From a virus, in IMG/VR virus record IMGVR_UViG_3300041583_000284, positions 1 to 64,000 of that record: a stretch of DNA of 64,000 nucleotides, one strand, 5' to 3'. The translations under genes and the position numbers were made by a program. Of this stretch, positions 36,799 to 45,448 are shown in pieces. Position 1 is the first letter of the stretch. Every line of letters starts with the position of its first letter. The notes beneath the pieces were generated by a model that saw only the letters and a list, made by a program, of their open reading frames with translations, was not told the origin of the DNA and did no database searches.

Positions 36799-38340
36799 TT
36801 AGTCAAGTATTTCTTTGTAGAGGGTCGTAAGTTTCATGTGGTCACCTTCGCGGGTGTCCAGCATGCTGTACAGGTGTCGCTCCACAGGCGATCCCTGCAG
36901 CTGCACCACCGTGCACTTATCCGTCTGGCCAGACCGGTGTACCCGGGCGTTGGCCTGTGCGTATATTTCCAAGGACGATGTTGGCCCCCACCAGACCACG
37001 ACGTTCGCCGCTGTCAGGGTCACACCATGCGCTGCTGCCTGCGGCTGGATCAGCAAGACCTGCGGGTCTGCTTCACGCTGGAACCGCTGGAAAATCTCCG
37101 TGCGCTTGCTCACAGGCACGTCGCCTCGGATGATGTCCACAGAGTAGCCGTCAGCCCGCATCTTCTCTGCCAAGATGTCGGTGATGTGCGTATAGGGCAC
37201 GAATACCAGAACCTTCTTGGACGCCTCGGCTATGACTTCCTTGAGCACCGTGTAGCGGTTCCCGATGTCGAACTCCAACACGTTGCCGTCGTCGTCGTAC
37301 ACGGCGCCGCAACTAATTTGGATTAATTTATTCATGCCCACCGCAGCGTTCACCGCGGACACGACAGACCCCGAGGTCTCCAGCAGGAGGTTCTTGCGCA
37401 ACTTCTCGTAGTAGGTTTTCTGCTGCTTTGTGAGCTCCACGGCGCGCTTGACGTACACCATATCTGGTAGGTCCATGCACTCTTCCTTGGTGAAGCGGAT
37501 GGCCGGCTGCAGGGCTTTGTGCACGATCTGGGACGACTCTTTTCGGGGCACCCACTTGAACTGGGTGATCTTAATCATCACCATGTCCTTGAAGGAGCTG
37601 AACGTGCGGGGCACCCCGGTGGGGTTCACGAGCTTCGCCAAGCCGTAGGCGTCCTCTGGGCCCTGCGCGGCAGGTGTGCCAGTCATCATCCACAGCCACG
37701 TGTCGGGGCACGCCTTCAGGATCGCGTTGAGTGTCTTCCACCGCTTGCTCTGGGCGTTCTTATAGGACGTGGCCTCGTCCACGATTATCAGATCGAAGCC
37801 GCCGTTGATGATCTCGTCTTCCACAATCTCCACGCCGTCGTAGTTGATGATGACGAACTCCGCGCCCTCGGCGAGAATCTTCTTGCGCTTGACGGGGGTG
37901 CCGTGGGCGATGCTCACCGTGCGGTGCATGGCGAAGCTAAAGAGGTCGCCCTTCCATGCCACGTCCATGATTGACACTGGACAGATCACCAGCACCCGGC
38001 GGATGCGTTTGGTTTTCATCAGGAAGTCCGCGGCCCATATGGTGCTGGCTGTCTTGCCTGAACCTGCCTCGGAAAAGCAGAACGCCTTCTTGTGCAGCGT
38101 GAGAAAGGCTGCGGTCTTCTTCTGGTGGGACATAGGCTTGTGCAGCCCGGTCCACTGATAGCGGCCCTCGATAGGAGAGGGGACCTTTATGTTCATGGCG
38201 ATCAAGCGCTGCACTGTGGGCATGTCCCACCGCACCAGCACCTCGTGCTCCCCCAAGAGGTGGGCTTTGTCCACCGCCGCCATGATGTGGGCAGGCTCCT
38301 TGACTCGCAAGAGCAAGGCTTTGTTGTCGATGATCTGCAT
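36799..38340 (-). CDS. SNF2-family DEAD/H helicase
   Basis: GSGKT Walker A (EAGSGKTAST), DEATSYKN motif II, a C-terminal helicase domain ending in HRSGQT-like motif VI (VHRSGQT). Confidence 0.75.
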   Translation of the reverse strand: MQIIDNKALLLRVKEPAHIMAAVDKAHLLGEHEVLVRWDMPTVQRLIAMNIKVPSPIEGRYQWTGLHKPMSHQKKTAAFLTLHKKAFCFSEAGSGKTASTIWAADFLMKTKRIRRVLVICPVSIMDVAWKGDLFSFAMHRTVSIAHGTPVKRKKILAEGAEFVIINYDGVEIVEDEIINGGFDLIIVDEATSYKNAQSKRWKTLNAILKACPDTWLWMMTGTPAAQGPEDAYGLAKLVNPTGVPRTFSSFKDMVMIKITQFKWVPRKESSQIVHKALQPAIRFTKEECMDLPDMVYVKRAVELTKQQKTYYEKLRKNLLLETSGSVVSAVNAAVGMNKLIQISCGAVYDDDGNVLEFDIGNRYTVLKEVIAEASKKVLVFVPYTHITDILAEKMRADGYSVDIIRGDVPVSKRTEIFQRFQREADPQVLLIQPQAAAHGVTLTAANVVVWWGPTSSLEIYAQANARVHRSGQTDKCTVVQLQGSPVERHLYSMLDTREGDHMKLTTLYKEILD

Positions 38341-38354
38341 GGTTTCTCCAGTGG

Positions 38355-38609
38355 TTAGGGCTTCTCGCCCTTCTTGTGCCCGTTGCGGGCCCGGTTCTTC
38401 GACGGTGCCTCGAGCGTGTAGCCGTCAGAGTTCTTGCCACCCTTGGCGATGGCCTTCTTGTGGCTGACATCCTTGCCCTTGCGGGGGACGCCCTTCTTGT
38501 CCAGCGCGCGGCGGGCACGCTGCCGCTCCATGCGACCCTCGTGTTCACCGCGCGACTGTTGCAGTTCATATTCGCGTTTGTAGGGTCGTGGCGACTTCGT
38601 GTACGGCAT
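38355..38609 (-). CDS. small basic protein (84 aa)
   Basis: ATG at 38609 with a strong AGGAGG RBS. Arg/Lys-rich. Confidence 0.5.
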   Translation of the reverse strand: MPYTKSPRPYKREYELQQSRGEHEGRMERQRARRALDKKGVPRKGKDVSHKKAIAKGGKNSDGYTLEAPSKNRARNGHKKGEKP

Positions 38610-38672
38610 GGTGGCCTCCTTTAGAGCTTCGGTCGCCACTTATACCACGGGATACGCGCAGAGTGAGCAGGC

Positions 38673-39344
38673 TCATTGTCCATGGTGGGGGCACTCCGTT
38701 ACAGGGCAATAGTTGCGGCACAGGCCCGAGGGGCTCGGGTTCCATACGCCAGTCTCGAACGCTCCGAGCAGCTTGGAGTATTTGGCCAGCCACCCCGCCC
38801 ACATCTGCTTGCGATCGCGCCTGTGGTAGGTGGCCTTTATCATCTGGTTCGGGACCACAAAGAGCAGGGCCCCGCGCACTTCCTTGATCTCAGGGTACAA
38901 GGCGAAGATCATGATCGCCATGAGCTCCAGCTGCCCGGTGTCTGCGTACCGGCTGGACTTGCCAGTCTTGTAGTCCACGTAGAAAGCCACGCCCTTCTCA
39001 CGCTGCAAGATGATGAGGTCACCGATGCCCCGCACAAAGCAGTCCTTGGCGAAGAAGGTGCAGCCCTCCAGCTTGGTGTTCAGGGCCATCTTGAGTTCGC
39101 ACAACCGCTCCCCCTTGATATTCTTCAACGCGTCCAGCACTGGCTTCACGTGGACGAACCGGCCCTCGAGCTCGGTGTCGTCCCGCACGTACTCCTCGCA
39201 TGCGGTGTGGAACTCCTCGCCATAGGCTGTCGCCGCGGTCGGAGCACTCGTGTACTCCTTGGTGACGCGGGTGTGGTAGTATTGTTTGGCGCATGTCAGA
39301 AAGCCTTTGAGGCTGCTGAACGACCATGCTGGTAGTTTGTTCAT
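38673..39344 (-). CDS. PD-(D/E)XK nuclease, Cas4/RecB-like with C-terminal Cys cluster
   Basis: GIGDLIIL...YVDYKTGK (D..D/ExK core). One N-terminal Cys (LTCAKQYY) plus C-terminal CRNYCPVTEC suggests an Fe-S cluster as in Cas4-type exonucleases. Confidence 0.65.
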   Translation of the reverse strand: MNKLPAWSFSSLKGFLTCAKQYYHTRVTKEYTSAPTAATAYGEEFHTACEEYVRDDTELEGRFVHVKPVLDALKNIKGERLCELKMALNTKLEGCTFFAKDCFVRGIGDLIILQREKGVAFYVDYKTGKSSRYADTGQLELMAIMIFALYPEIKEVRGALLFVVPNQMIKATYHRRDRKQMWAGWLAKYSKLLGAFETGVWNPSPSGLCRNYCPVTECPHHGQ

Positions 39345-40297
39345 CAAGTGTCTCCATAGTTCTGGGCAGAGCCCGCTTCACAATCGACTGGCAAGCCCTT
39401 GGCCCACTTAGGCAGCCAGCGCATGCAGTCCTCCACGTAGGCCTTGGCTGTCTCTTCCTCCGCCTTGGGCACGACAATAAGTGCGGAGTCGTGCACGGTC
39501 AGGGCGATGGGGTATTCTTTTTTGATCTGGAGCATCTGCTCCGCCACGATGATGCGGGCCAGCGCTTGTGTAACATTCTCGATCACAAGAGCGCCGTATA
39601 CCTTCTTGCGGCTGGTGCCGCGCCCTGCGTAGTCGAACTGCCACCCTCGCTCGGTCTGGTGCCCTTGCAGGTCGGGGTACTGCACGTAGAGGCCGGAGGG
39701 CAGGCGGATGCCGAACCGGTCTGGATCCACCCCAAGGACACCGGGCTTGCCGAAATGGTAGGCCGTCTCACGGGTCATGTAGGTCAGCATGTTCCCCGCG
39801 TCTTTCCACAGCTTGACGATACGTGGATTGGCCGCGCGGTAGATCTTCACGATACGCTGGCACTCGTCCAGCTCGAGGGGGATGCCGTAGGTGCCTTTCA
39901 TGGTCCCCTGAAACTTGTCGGGGCCCATGCCAAATCCGCAGCCCAGAACCACACCCTTGCCCACCTGCCGCTGGTCTTTGGTAACGTCGGCTTCCAGCAC
40001 GCCGTAGATGGGGACCGCCATCTTCTTGTAGGGGTCTTCCTTGTCCCGAAAGGTCTGGAGCATGTCCGCCTGCTCCGCGAGCCACGCCAGAACACGCGCT
40101 TCGATTTGGGAGGAGTCGGCCTCGATGATGACATACCCGGGAGGAGCTTCGATGGTGGACTTTATCTTCTTGGCGTTGGGCCCCCGGCTCGGCAGGTTTT
40201 GCAGGTTCACGGAGTCTGAGTTGTGCACGAGCTTGCCATTGGCCACGAACCGGTGCCGGGGCCCGCAATTCTTGATGTCATAGACTGGGACGAGCAT
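39344..40297 (-). CDS. DNA polymerase I family, C-terminal half preceded by a C-intein fragment
   Basis: MLVPVYDIKNCGPRHRFVANGKLVHN|SDSVNLQNLP. Then motif A ADSSQIEARVLA, motif B RQVGKGVVLGCGFGMG, motif C LTVHDS. Confidence 0.85.
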   Translation of the reverse strand: MLVPVYDIKNCGPRHRFVANGKLVHNSDSVNLQNLPSRGPNAKKIKSTIEAPPGYVIIEADSSQIEARVLAWLAEQADMLQTFRDKEDPYKKMAVPIYGVLEADVTKDQRQVGKGVVLGCGFGMGPDKFQGTMKGTYGIPLELDECQRIVKIYRAANPRIVKLWKDAGNMLTYMTRETAYHFGKPGVLGVDPDRFGIRLPSGLYVQYPDLQGHQTERGWQFDYAGRGTSRKKVYGALVIENVTQALARIIVAEQMLQIKKEYPIALTVHDSALIVVPKAEEETAKAYVEDCMRWLPKWAKGLPVDCEAGSAQNYGDT

Positions 40298-41211
40298 ATT
40301 TGCGCCTCTTTGTTATCTCTGTGTTGCTTTGCCCCTGCTTGATCCACATTCGCAGGGTCTCATATGTCAGGTCTGGGCGCTGCGCTTGGAGGGCCCGGAT
40401 GCGCTCGCCGGTTATGGACCGCTTGTAAGCCCTCTTGTTGCACGCCTGTTCCTTGCGAGTAGCCCAGCGCAGATTACCCGGCTCGTAGTGCCGGTTATTG
40501 TCGATCCGGTCTATGCTGTGGTCCTTTGAGGGGCGGGGGCCTGTGTTGGCTAGAACCCAAGCAGCTGCGGCGAGGGGCGTCGGGAAACAAAACTGTATCC
40601 CGCGCCCTCCATAGTCAGAGTAGGAAGCACCTGCGGGGTTGGTACAGCGCTGTCTGGCGCCCACCATGATGGACACTAGCGCACGGGCATGCGCAAGGGG
40701 GTGCGGGGTACGGGGGCGCGCGGCGGCTGCATCTGAAGCCTTCTTGGCCAGCTGCGTTCTTTGCGCCGGGGGGAGTGTAGCCATCCGGGCCTTGGAAGCG
40801 CAGCTCCGGCACATCCTCGTCCCTCCCGACAGCAGGTCCGACACGCGAATTGAAGCCCCGCGTCCGCAAGTACACTGACACAAAACCTTAGACTTTGATG
40901 CGACCGCGCCTGTGCACGTTCGGGTCCACTGCGTCAGGATCAGGGCGCCCTCCAGACGTGAGGTAGTGGCCTCCCTGCATCGCGTCTCGTAGGCCAATCT
41001 CTCCGGCGTCCGTAAATACAACATGGTCTTCTGTCCCCCTCACCCCATCCCACTCGATCACTTCAGCAAACCCGCTGAACACGACCCCCTCGTGCTGTAC
41101 GAAAGCTACCCCGTCCCATACGAGGTCGTCGGGCATGACATCTGTTATCTTCTTCTCGTGCATAGTGCCTGAAGTGTCAAGCACTGTGACCGCAGTATCG
41201 GCCACTAAGCA
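40220..41211 (-). mobile_element. split intein (N fragment 107 aa, C fragment 26 aa) with intervening HNH gene
   Basis: Cys1 codon at 41211-41209, terminal His-Asn and +1 Ser codon at 40219-40217. The extein junction restores TGRWSG/SDSVNLQNLP. Confidence 0.7.
40278..41024 (-). CDS. free-standing HNH homing endonuclease between the two polymerase halves
   Basis: HSIDRIDNNRHYEPGNLRWATRKEQ is an HNH signature, with an N-terminal Cys-rich Zn-ribbon. Lies in a separate frame and overlaps both polymerase ORFs. Paralogue of 52256-52891. Confidence 0.75.
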   Translation of the reverse strand: MLYLRTPERLAYETRCREATTSRLEGALILTQWTRTCTGAVASKSKVLCQCTCGRGASIRVSDLLSGGTRMCRSCASKARMATLPPAQRTQLAKKASDAAAARPRTPHPLAHARALVSIMVGARQRCTNPAGASYSDYGGRGIQFCFPTPLAAAAWVLANTGPRPSKDHSIDRIDNNRHYEPGNLRWATRKEQACNKRAYKRSITGERIRALQAQRPDLTYETLRMWIKQGQSNTEITKRRKYARPSL

Positions 41212-42177
41212 TCCAGACCAGCGCCCTGTGTGTGCCCCATAGTACCGAAGCGGCACCGGGAACATACCCCGGTCAGCGATCCCGATGAACCGCGCGGTGC
41301 GCGTCTCTTCGAGGGTGGACTTGTTCCCAAGCCGCGCTGCAACGAGGGCCTGCACGTCAGGGTCGTCGTGCTCAAGCAGCGCCTTGAACTCCTCGTCGGT
41401 CTTGGCGAAGGCCCACGCTTCCTTGCCGGTGGTGGCGCTGACCTTGCGTGGGGGGTCCACGCCCATGTCCTGCAACAACCCTGCAAACTTATCGTTGGAC
41501 ATCAGGTCCTTCTTGTCCGCCCCCACGCGGTCCAGCAACGCCTGCTTGGCCCTGACAGTCTCGATCAGGTGGGCTTCCAGCTTGGGCTTGTTCAGTTGCA
41601 GCTGGGGTTCTGTGAACATGCGCAACGTCATGTCAATCAGCTGGAGTTCCTTTTTCGGGAACCCCCCGGGGATAGAGCCCATGAAGATGTTGAAGAGCTG
41701 ATAGCACAGGTCAGTGTCGTGCTTGCAGTATTTGCCGTAGGCTGCCAGCTCGGTAGGGGTGAAGTCTGCCCGCCGCATCCCCATCGCCCGCAGCACCTCG
41801 TCCCCCTTGGGCGGCAGGTTGTACCGCTTGGCGAGGGCTGCGAGGCCGTGCGATGCGTCGGGGCCATGAATGGCCCGTGACATAGACAACGTGTCCAGCC
41901 ACAACTTAGGCTTGATGCCTAAGCGCCACGCAAGGATCGCCCCGTCGAACAGGGTGTTGTGCGCGAGGATCGCAGCGTTTGACCAGTCGATGGTGTGCAG
42001 CGCCGCGTATATCTCGAGGATGTCGCCCGAGAGCCACTTGGCTTTCTTGCCATTCTTCTTGACGGACAGCCCGATAAGTTCAAACCGGGGGTCCCGCACG
42101 TATTCTTCCGTGGTGATCTTGGATAGGCTGTACTCCTTGGAGTAAAACGTCTCCGCGTCTATCGTATAAAGATCCAT
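40888..42177 (-). CDS. DNA polymerase I family, N-terminal half (3'-5' exonuclease + palm start) ending in an N-intein fragment
   Basis: AGGAGG RBS. Exo motifs (IDAETF.., NTLFDG). Extein ends ...YGAHTGRWSG, followed by CLVADTAVTVLD...GTEDHVVFT (Hint blocks A/B) and a stop. Confidence 0.85.
   Translation of the reverse strand: MDLYTIDAETFYSKEYSLSKITTEEYVRDPRFELIGLSVKKNGKKAKWLSGDILEIYAALHTIDWSNAAILAHNTLFDGAILAWRLGIKPKLWLDTLSMSRAIHGPDASHGLAALAKRYNLPPKGDEVLRAMGMRRADFTPTELAAYGKYCKHDTDLCYQLFNIFMGSIPGGFPKKELQLIDMTLRMFTEPQLQLNKPKLEAHLIETVRAKQALLDRVGADKKDLMSNDKFAGLLQDMGVDPPRKVSATTGKEAWAFAKTDEEFKALLEHDDPDVQALVAARLGNKSTLEETRTARFIGIADRGMFPVPLRYYGAHTGRWSGCLVADTAVTVLDTSGTMHEKKITDVMPDDLVWDGVAFVQHEGVVFSGFAEVIEWDGVRGTEDHVVFTDAGEIGLRDAMQGGHYLTSGGRPDPDAVDPNVHRRGRIKV
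41905..41923. repeat. variant palindrome CTTAGGC-TTGAT-GCCTAAG inside the DNA polymerase N-half CDS
   Basis: Read directly. Encodes RLGIKPK in frame. Both arms carry the same compensated change. Confidence 0.8.
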
Positions 42178-42223
42178 TAGTTATTCCTCCTAATCCAGTC
42201 TGCAAACAACTTCTAGTGAGCTG

Positions 42224-42706
42224 CTAGGGCACCTTTCTCCAGTAGCTGCCGAGGGCGCTTGCACGCTTCGACAAGATTAGATCAGCGCGCCTCCCCGCAG
42301 CCCACAGCGTTATGCCATGGCCGGGGGACTTGCCGACAGAGCCGTCGGGCCGCTCGAACTTCGGCTTGCCCAGCACCAACATCATCCCTTTGGCTCTCTT
42401 GGCGGCGTCTTGCCACCACGGGGCGCTTGTGCGGTCGGGCGTCAGTGCGATCCCGTTACCGTGCAGGAAGAACTTGTCTAGCCACGGCGAAAGCCCGTTG
42501 CGCCCCCCAAAGGGCGGGTTCATCCAAACAAAACCTTGCCATTGCGCGGTCAGGCTGTCCGAACTGATCCATCCTTTGCAGGGTACGTGTTGCGGCCCTT
42601 CCAGTGGGGCTGCAACGTCGAGGTCAAAAGTTACGCCCAAGGCGTCAAAGATATATTTTGGGGTATACCAATCGTCTGTTGCGCCGGGGGCTTCCCACGC
42701 GCTCAT
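42224..42706 (-). CDS. DNA N6-adenine methyltransferase (phage Dam-like)
   Basis: DDWYTPKYIFDALGVTFDLDVAAP ... FVWMNPPFGG (NPPF catalytic motif). Confidence 0.75.
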   Translation of the reverse strand: MSAWEAPGATDDWYTPKYIFDALGVTFDLDVAAPLEGPQHVPCKGWISSDSLTAQWQGFVWMNPPFGGRNGLSPWLDKFFLHGNGIALTPDRTSAPWWQDAAKRAKGMMLVLGKPKFERPDGSVGKSPGHGITLWAAGRRADLILSKRASALGSYWRKVP

Positions 42707-42855
42707 TGGTCACCCTCGTCGGCGTTCTTCTCCCGGCGCGCGAGAGCTTCGCCAACATCCCGATGGATGCGCGCGGCCATCAAAGCCGCGGCACCAACCA
42801 AGAAAAACAGCACGAGCCACAGGATTGAGGTGGCTACGTAGCCCAAGCACGCCAT
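42703..42855 (-). CDS. small membrane protein (50 aa)
   Basis: ATG at 42855 overlaps the upstream stop and its own stop overlaps the Dam start (ATGA). One TM segment (ILWLVLFFLVGAAALMAA). Below the track cutoff. Confidence 0.35.
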   Translation of the reverse strand: MACLGYVATSILWLVLFFLVGAAALMAARIHRDVGEALARREKNADEGDQ

Positions 42856-43388
42856 CACAGGAACTCGCCATGCTTGGCACTGATCGCGATCAAGTGCTCT
42901 GCCTGCGAGCGGGCGTCGTCCAGCGCGTTGTGGTGGGTGCCGCTGCGAGCCATCTTCACGTCAGGATACATACCCTTAACAGTGCGGTAGCACTTGTCTT
43001 TCCGGAACTCCCACATCGGCACGCCGCATCGCCTCCCCGACTCGCGCGTCAATACGTTGTCAAAAGGTGCCCCTTTGCCCCATACGCCTTTTAGGCTGTC
43101 ACCGTAGGCGCATACAAACTGCATAAAGTCGCGCAAAGCCACGTCAAGTCCAATGGCTTCGTCTTGGGCTTCGGTCAGTGCGTTGCGAGCACTGTCTCCT
43201 TGCCGCAGCCACCACATGACAGTGCTGGGGTCAATAACGGCACCTGAGCGCACGGCGCTGTGAAGCGACACAACGCGGTAGAACGTCTCGTCAGTCACGC
43301 CCATGGCGTTAAACGCCACGGCACCAATAGCCACGATTGGTGCATCCGGGCGAGTGCCCATGGTCTCTAGGTCAAGCATGATGTGCAT
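42855..43388 (-). CDS. DEDDh 3'-5' exonuclease (DnaQ-like)
   Basis: MLDLETMG (Exo I), the C-terminal HHNALDDARSQAEH (Exo III, H-x4-D). Confidence 0.7.
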   Translation of the reverse strand: MHIMLDLETMGTRPDAPIVAIGAVAFNAMGVTDETFYRVVSLHSAVRSGAVIDPSTVMWWLRQGDSARNALTEAQDEAIGLDVALRDFMQFVCAYGDSLKGVWGKGAPFDNVLTRESGRRCGVPMWEFRKDKCYRTVKGMYPDVKMARSGTHHNALDDARSQAEHLIAISAKHGEFL

Positions 43389-43684
43389 CAGTTTGTCTCC
43401 TCAATAAGCAGATAACAGGCTGCGAGGTAGACGATTGCCCCAAGCACCTCGGCCTGCGCGCGGGCGGGTTCCTTACGGCCCAGCATGCCAGAGGCTTCCT
43501 GTGTTTTCTTCATGGCTTGGCCGAGGGAGTACCCGGGCCCCACCATACGTCCGATCTCCATGATGGGTTGGCGGTCAAAGGGCTTGCCGTTGGCGTGGCG
43601 CTCCTTGCCTTTGCCTGCGGCCGCTTGGTTGTAGGCCGCGCCCAAGACGCGGCCCAGCCCTACGTAGTCGGGATTCTCAATCAT
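43388..43684 (-). CDS. hypothetical protein (98 aa), possibly DUF5664-like nucleotide pyrophosphohydrolase-associated domain
   Basis: GKGKERHA...W motif recalled from small phage proteins. Family label from memory only. Confidence 0.4.
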   Translation of the reverse strand: MIENPDYVGLGRVLGAAYNQAAAGKGKERHANGKPFDRQPIMEIGRMVGPGYSLGQAMKKTQEASGMLGRKEPARAQAEVLGAIVYLAACYLLIEETN

Positions 43685-43708
43685 GTGCTTTCTCCAGTGG
43701 GTTGTTGT

Positions 43709-43900
43709 TTAAGACGGTGTATCACGCTGCGCAGCGGTGCGCAAGGCAATCATAGCGTAGGCGTTGGTAAAGAATGGTCTCAGACCTCGTTTAGGGTCTT
43801 TTGCTATCCAATGGGCAGCGGTCAACTGCGCCGGGGACATCTTATTCAGAGTCGCCAAGAGCTGTGTTTGCTTTGGCGGCTTGTGCTTGCGTCGGGTCAT
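43709..43900 (-). CDS. hypothetical protein (63 aa)
   Basis: ATG ORF coupled to its neighbours. Confidence 0.45.
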   Translation of the reverse strand: MTRRKHKPPKQTQLLATLNKMSPAQLTAAHWIAKDPKRGLRPFFTNAYAMIALRTAAQRDTPS

Positions 43901-44193
43901 GGCTTGGCCTCCTGTGCGGGGGATAAGGCACGTATCTTGAGCGTTATAACTGACGCCTCATCTTCGCGTATTGGTGCGCTGGAATGGGCTGACATGAAGG
44001 CCGTGCGTGATCTGGCAAGACTAACATCGGAGGCATCTTTAAGCCCCTCCGCATACCCATCTGCCTTTGCCGATGCCAGCGCGGCCTCGGCAACGGCAAG
44101 GCTGGCTGATAATGCCGCTATTTGGTCTATGTATGGCTGGCATACTCGCCGGGTTTTCGGTGGGTATCCCATCGGTAATATTTCGTCGGTCAT
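43897..44193 (-). CDS. hypothetical protein (98 aa)
   Basis: ATGA-type overlaps on both sides. Confidence 0.45.
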   Translation of the reverse strand: MTDEILPMGYPPKTRRVCQPYIDQIAALSASLAVAEAALASAKADGYAEGLKDASDVSLARSRTAFMSAHSSAPIREDEASVITLKIRALSPAQEAKP

Positions 44194-44525
44194 TCCCCGT
44201 TACCTCTCTCCCAATATCCGCGTTCATAGGCGGCGCGGGCGTTGTCACGCTCGTCCTCAAGTTTTTGCTCAAGCACCACCTCACGCGCCAAGGATGCGGC
44301 AAGCTCGCGGTGCAGGTCTGGTGCGGCGGCGATTAGGGCCGCGTTCCAATGATTAGGTGTTTCCCCCGCTGTTGGGTAGTAGGTTGTATCACAACCAAAA
44401 TTGCAAACTGCGGTTTCGCCGCTATAAAATCCTCCCAGCCAATCACCTTTACCGAGGTCAAGTTCCCACGTCCCAGGCGTAAAGCCTGTCAGGCGTGCGA
44501 TTAGTTCTTGTGGTGTTTCGGTCAT
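44190..44525 (-). CDS. hypothetical protein (111 aa)
   Basis: ATGA overlaps on both sides. Confidence 0.5.
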   Translation of the reverse strand: MTETPQELIARLTGFTPGTWELDLGKGDWLGGFYSGETAVCNFGCDTTYYPTAGETPNHWNAALIAAAPDLHRELAASLAREVVLEQKLEDERDNARAAYERGYWERGNGE

Positions 44526-44734
44526 AGCTTTACCTTTTGCATAAAGTCATCAACCTGATCGAAGTGCAGCCAGCCGTCTTTGTACCTCGGGCGGCTATTC
44601 GTGGCGGGTTGGATAAACTCGTCAACACCCCACATTTTTACCAATGCGCAGGTATCACCCAACTCGCAAAGTTCTTTGCCTTCGAGGTCTTTGAAGGCGT
44701 AGTAATTCTTAGGTAGTTTCCAGTCGGGTTTCAT
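44522..44734 (-). CDS. hypothetical protein (70 aa)
   Basis: ATG at 44734 with a GGAGGA RBS. Confidence 0.45.
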   Translation of the reverse strand: MKPDWKLPKNYYAFKDLEGKELCELGDTCALVKMWGVDEFIQPATNSRPRYKDGWLHFDQVDDFMQKVKL

Positions 44735-44877
44735 AGCATCCTCCAAACAAGCCAGCCCAGACCTGCCCATGTGGACAGGCATAGCGTGGCGAAAATAATC
44801 AGTACACCAGCGCCGGATTTACTCACGCGGTGCGGGCAGTCGCGGCCTTGGCGGCAATTGTGATTGCAGCAGGTCAT
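44731..44877 (-). CDS. small Cys-rich membrane protein (48 aa)
   Basis: MTCCNHNCRQGRDCPH followed by a TM segment. ATGA overlap with the downstream gene. Below the track cutoff. Confidence 0.35.
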   Translation of the reverse strand: MTCCNHNCRQGRDCPHRVSKSGAGVLIIFATLCLSTWAGLGWLVWRML

Positions 44878-44946
44878 GGCTTCACCTCATCGCGGCATGC
44901 GTGTAAAGTACACTCGGGAACGCTGGCCCGCCTGTGTTGATCTTGG

Positions 44947-45153
44947 TCATGGCTTGGCCTCCAGCGCCTTGATGGCTTCACGCGGGCGTGGGTCGCGGTA
45001 TCCGTCAACCTTGCATCGCTGTCCGGGCAGCAGAATTGATGCGTGGGCTTTTGGTCGTGCAATCGCGCATTGCGGGCAATCTATGCCGCGTTCTGCACGG
45101 TCAGCTTTCCGCGCGTCCCGAATGTCGTTGTAGTAGTCGCCCATGTCACCCAT
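44947..45153 (-). CDS. hypothetical protein (68 aa) with CPQC motif
   Basis: ATG ORF, basic. Confidence 0.45.
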   Translation of the reverse strand: MGDMGDYYNDIRDARKADRAERGIDCPQCAIARPKAHASILLPGQRCKVDGYRDPRPREAIKALEAKP

Positions 45154-45289
45154 CGGTCAGTCTCCATTTGTTGCGTTGCAGTTCCAGCGCCGGCCGATAC
45201 AGGGCCTTGCGCAAATCGGTTGGCATCGTTGCCAGCGGGCCAAGGTCGCGGCCAAGGCGGACCACGTCTGCTTTTGTTAGGTTTGTCAT
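45146..45289 (-). CDS. hypothetical small protein (47 aa)
   Basis: ATG at 45289 preceded by CAACCAAAGGAACCAACACA leader. Overlaps the next start. Below the track cutoff. Confidence 0.35.
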   Translation of the reverse strand: MTNLTKADVVRLGRDLGPLATMPTDLRKALYRPALELQRNKWRLTDG

Positions 45290-45334
45290 TGTGTTGGTTC
45301 CTTTGGTTGGGTTGGTTGTGGATCGTGGTAGGTG

Positions 45335-45448
45335 CTATGTCAGCCAAGGCTTGCGCCGCCAGACAGTCACCGTGCCCCCGTAGGTTTGCGGCCGGCTCTC
45401 GACGATTTGTAGCTTGGGATTGCCGGGGCAGGTGGGGCAGGTCAGCAT
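45335..45448 (-). CDS. hypothetical small Zn-ribbon-like protein (37 aa)
   Basis: MLTCPTCPG.... ATG overlaps the upstream gene end. Below the track cutoff. Confidence 0.3.
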   Translation of the reverse strand: MLTCPTCPGNPKLQIVESRPQTYGGTVTVWRRKPWLT

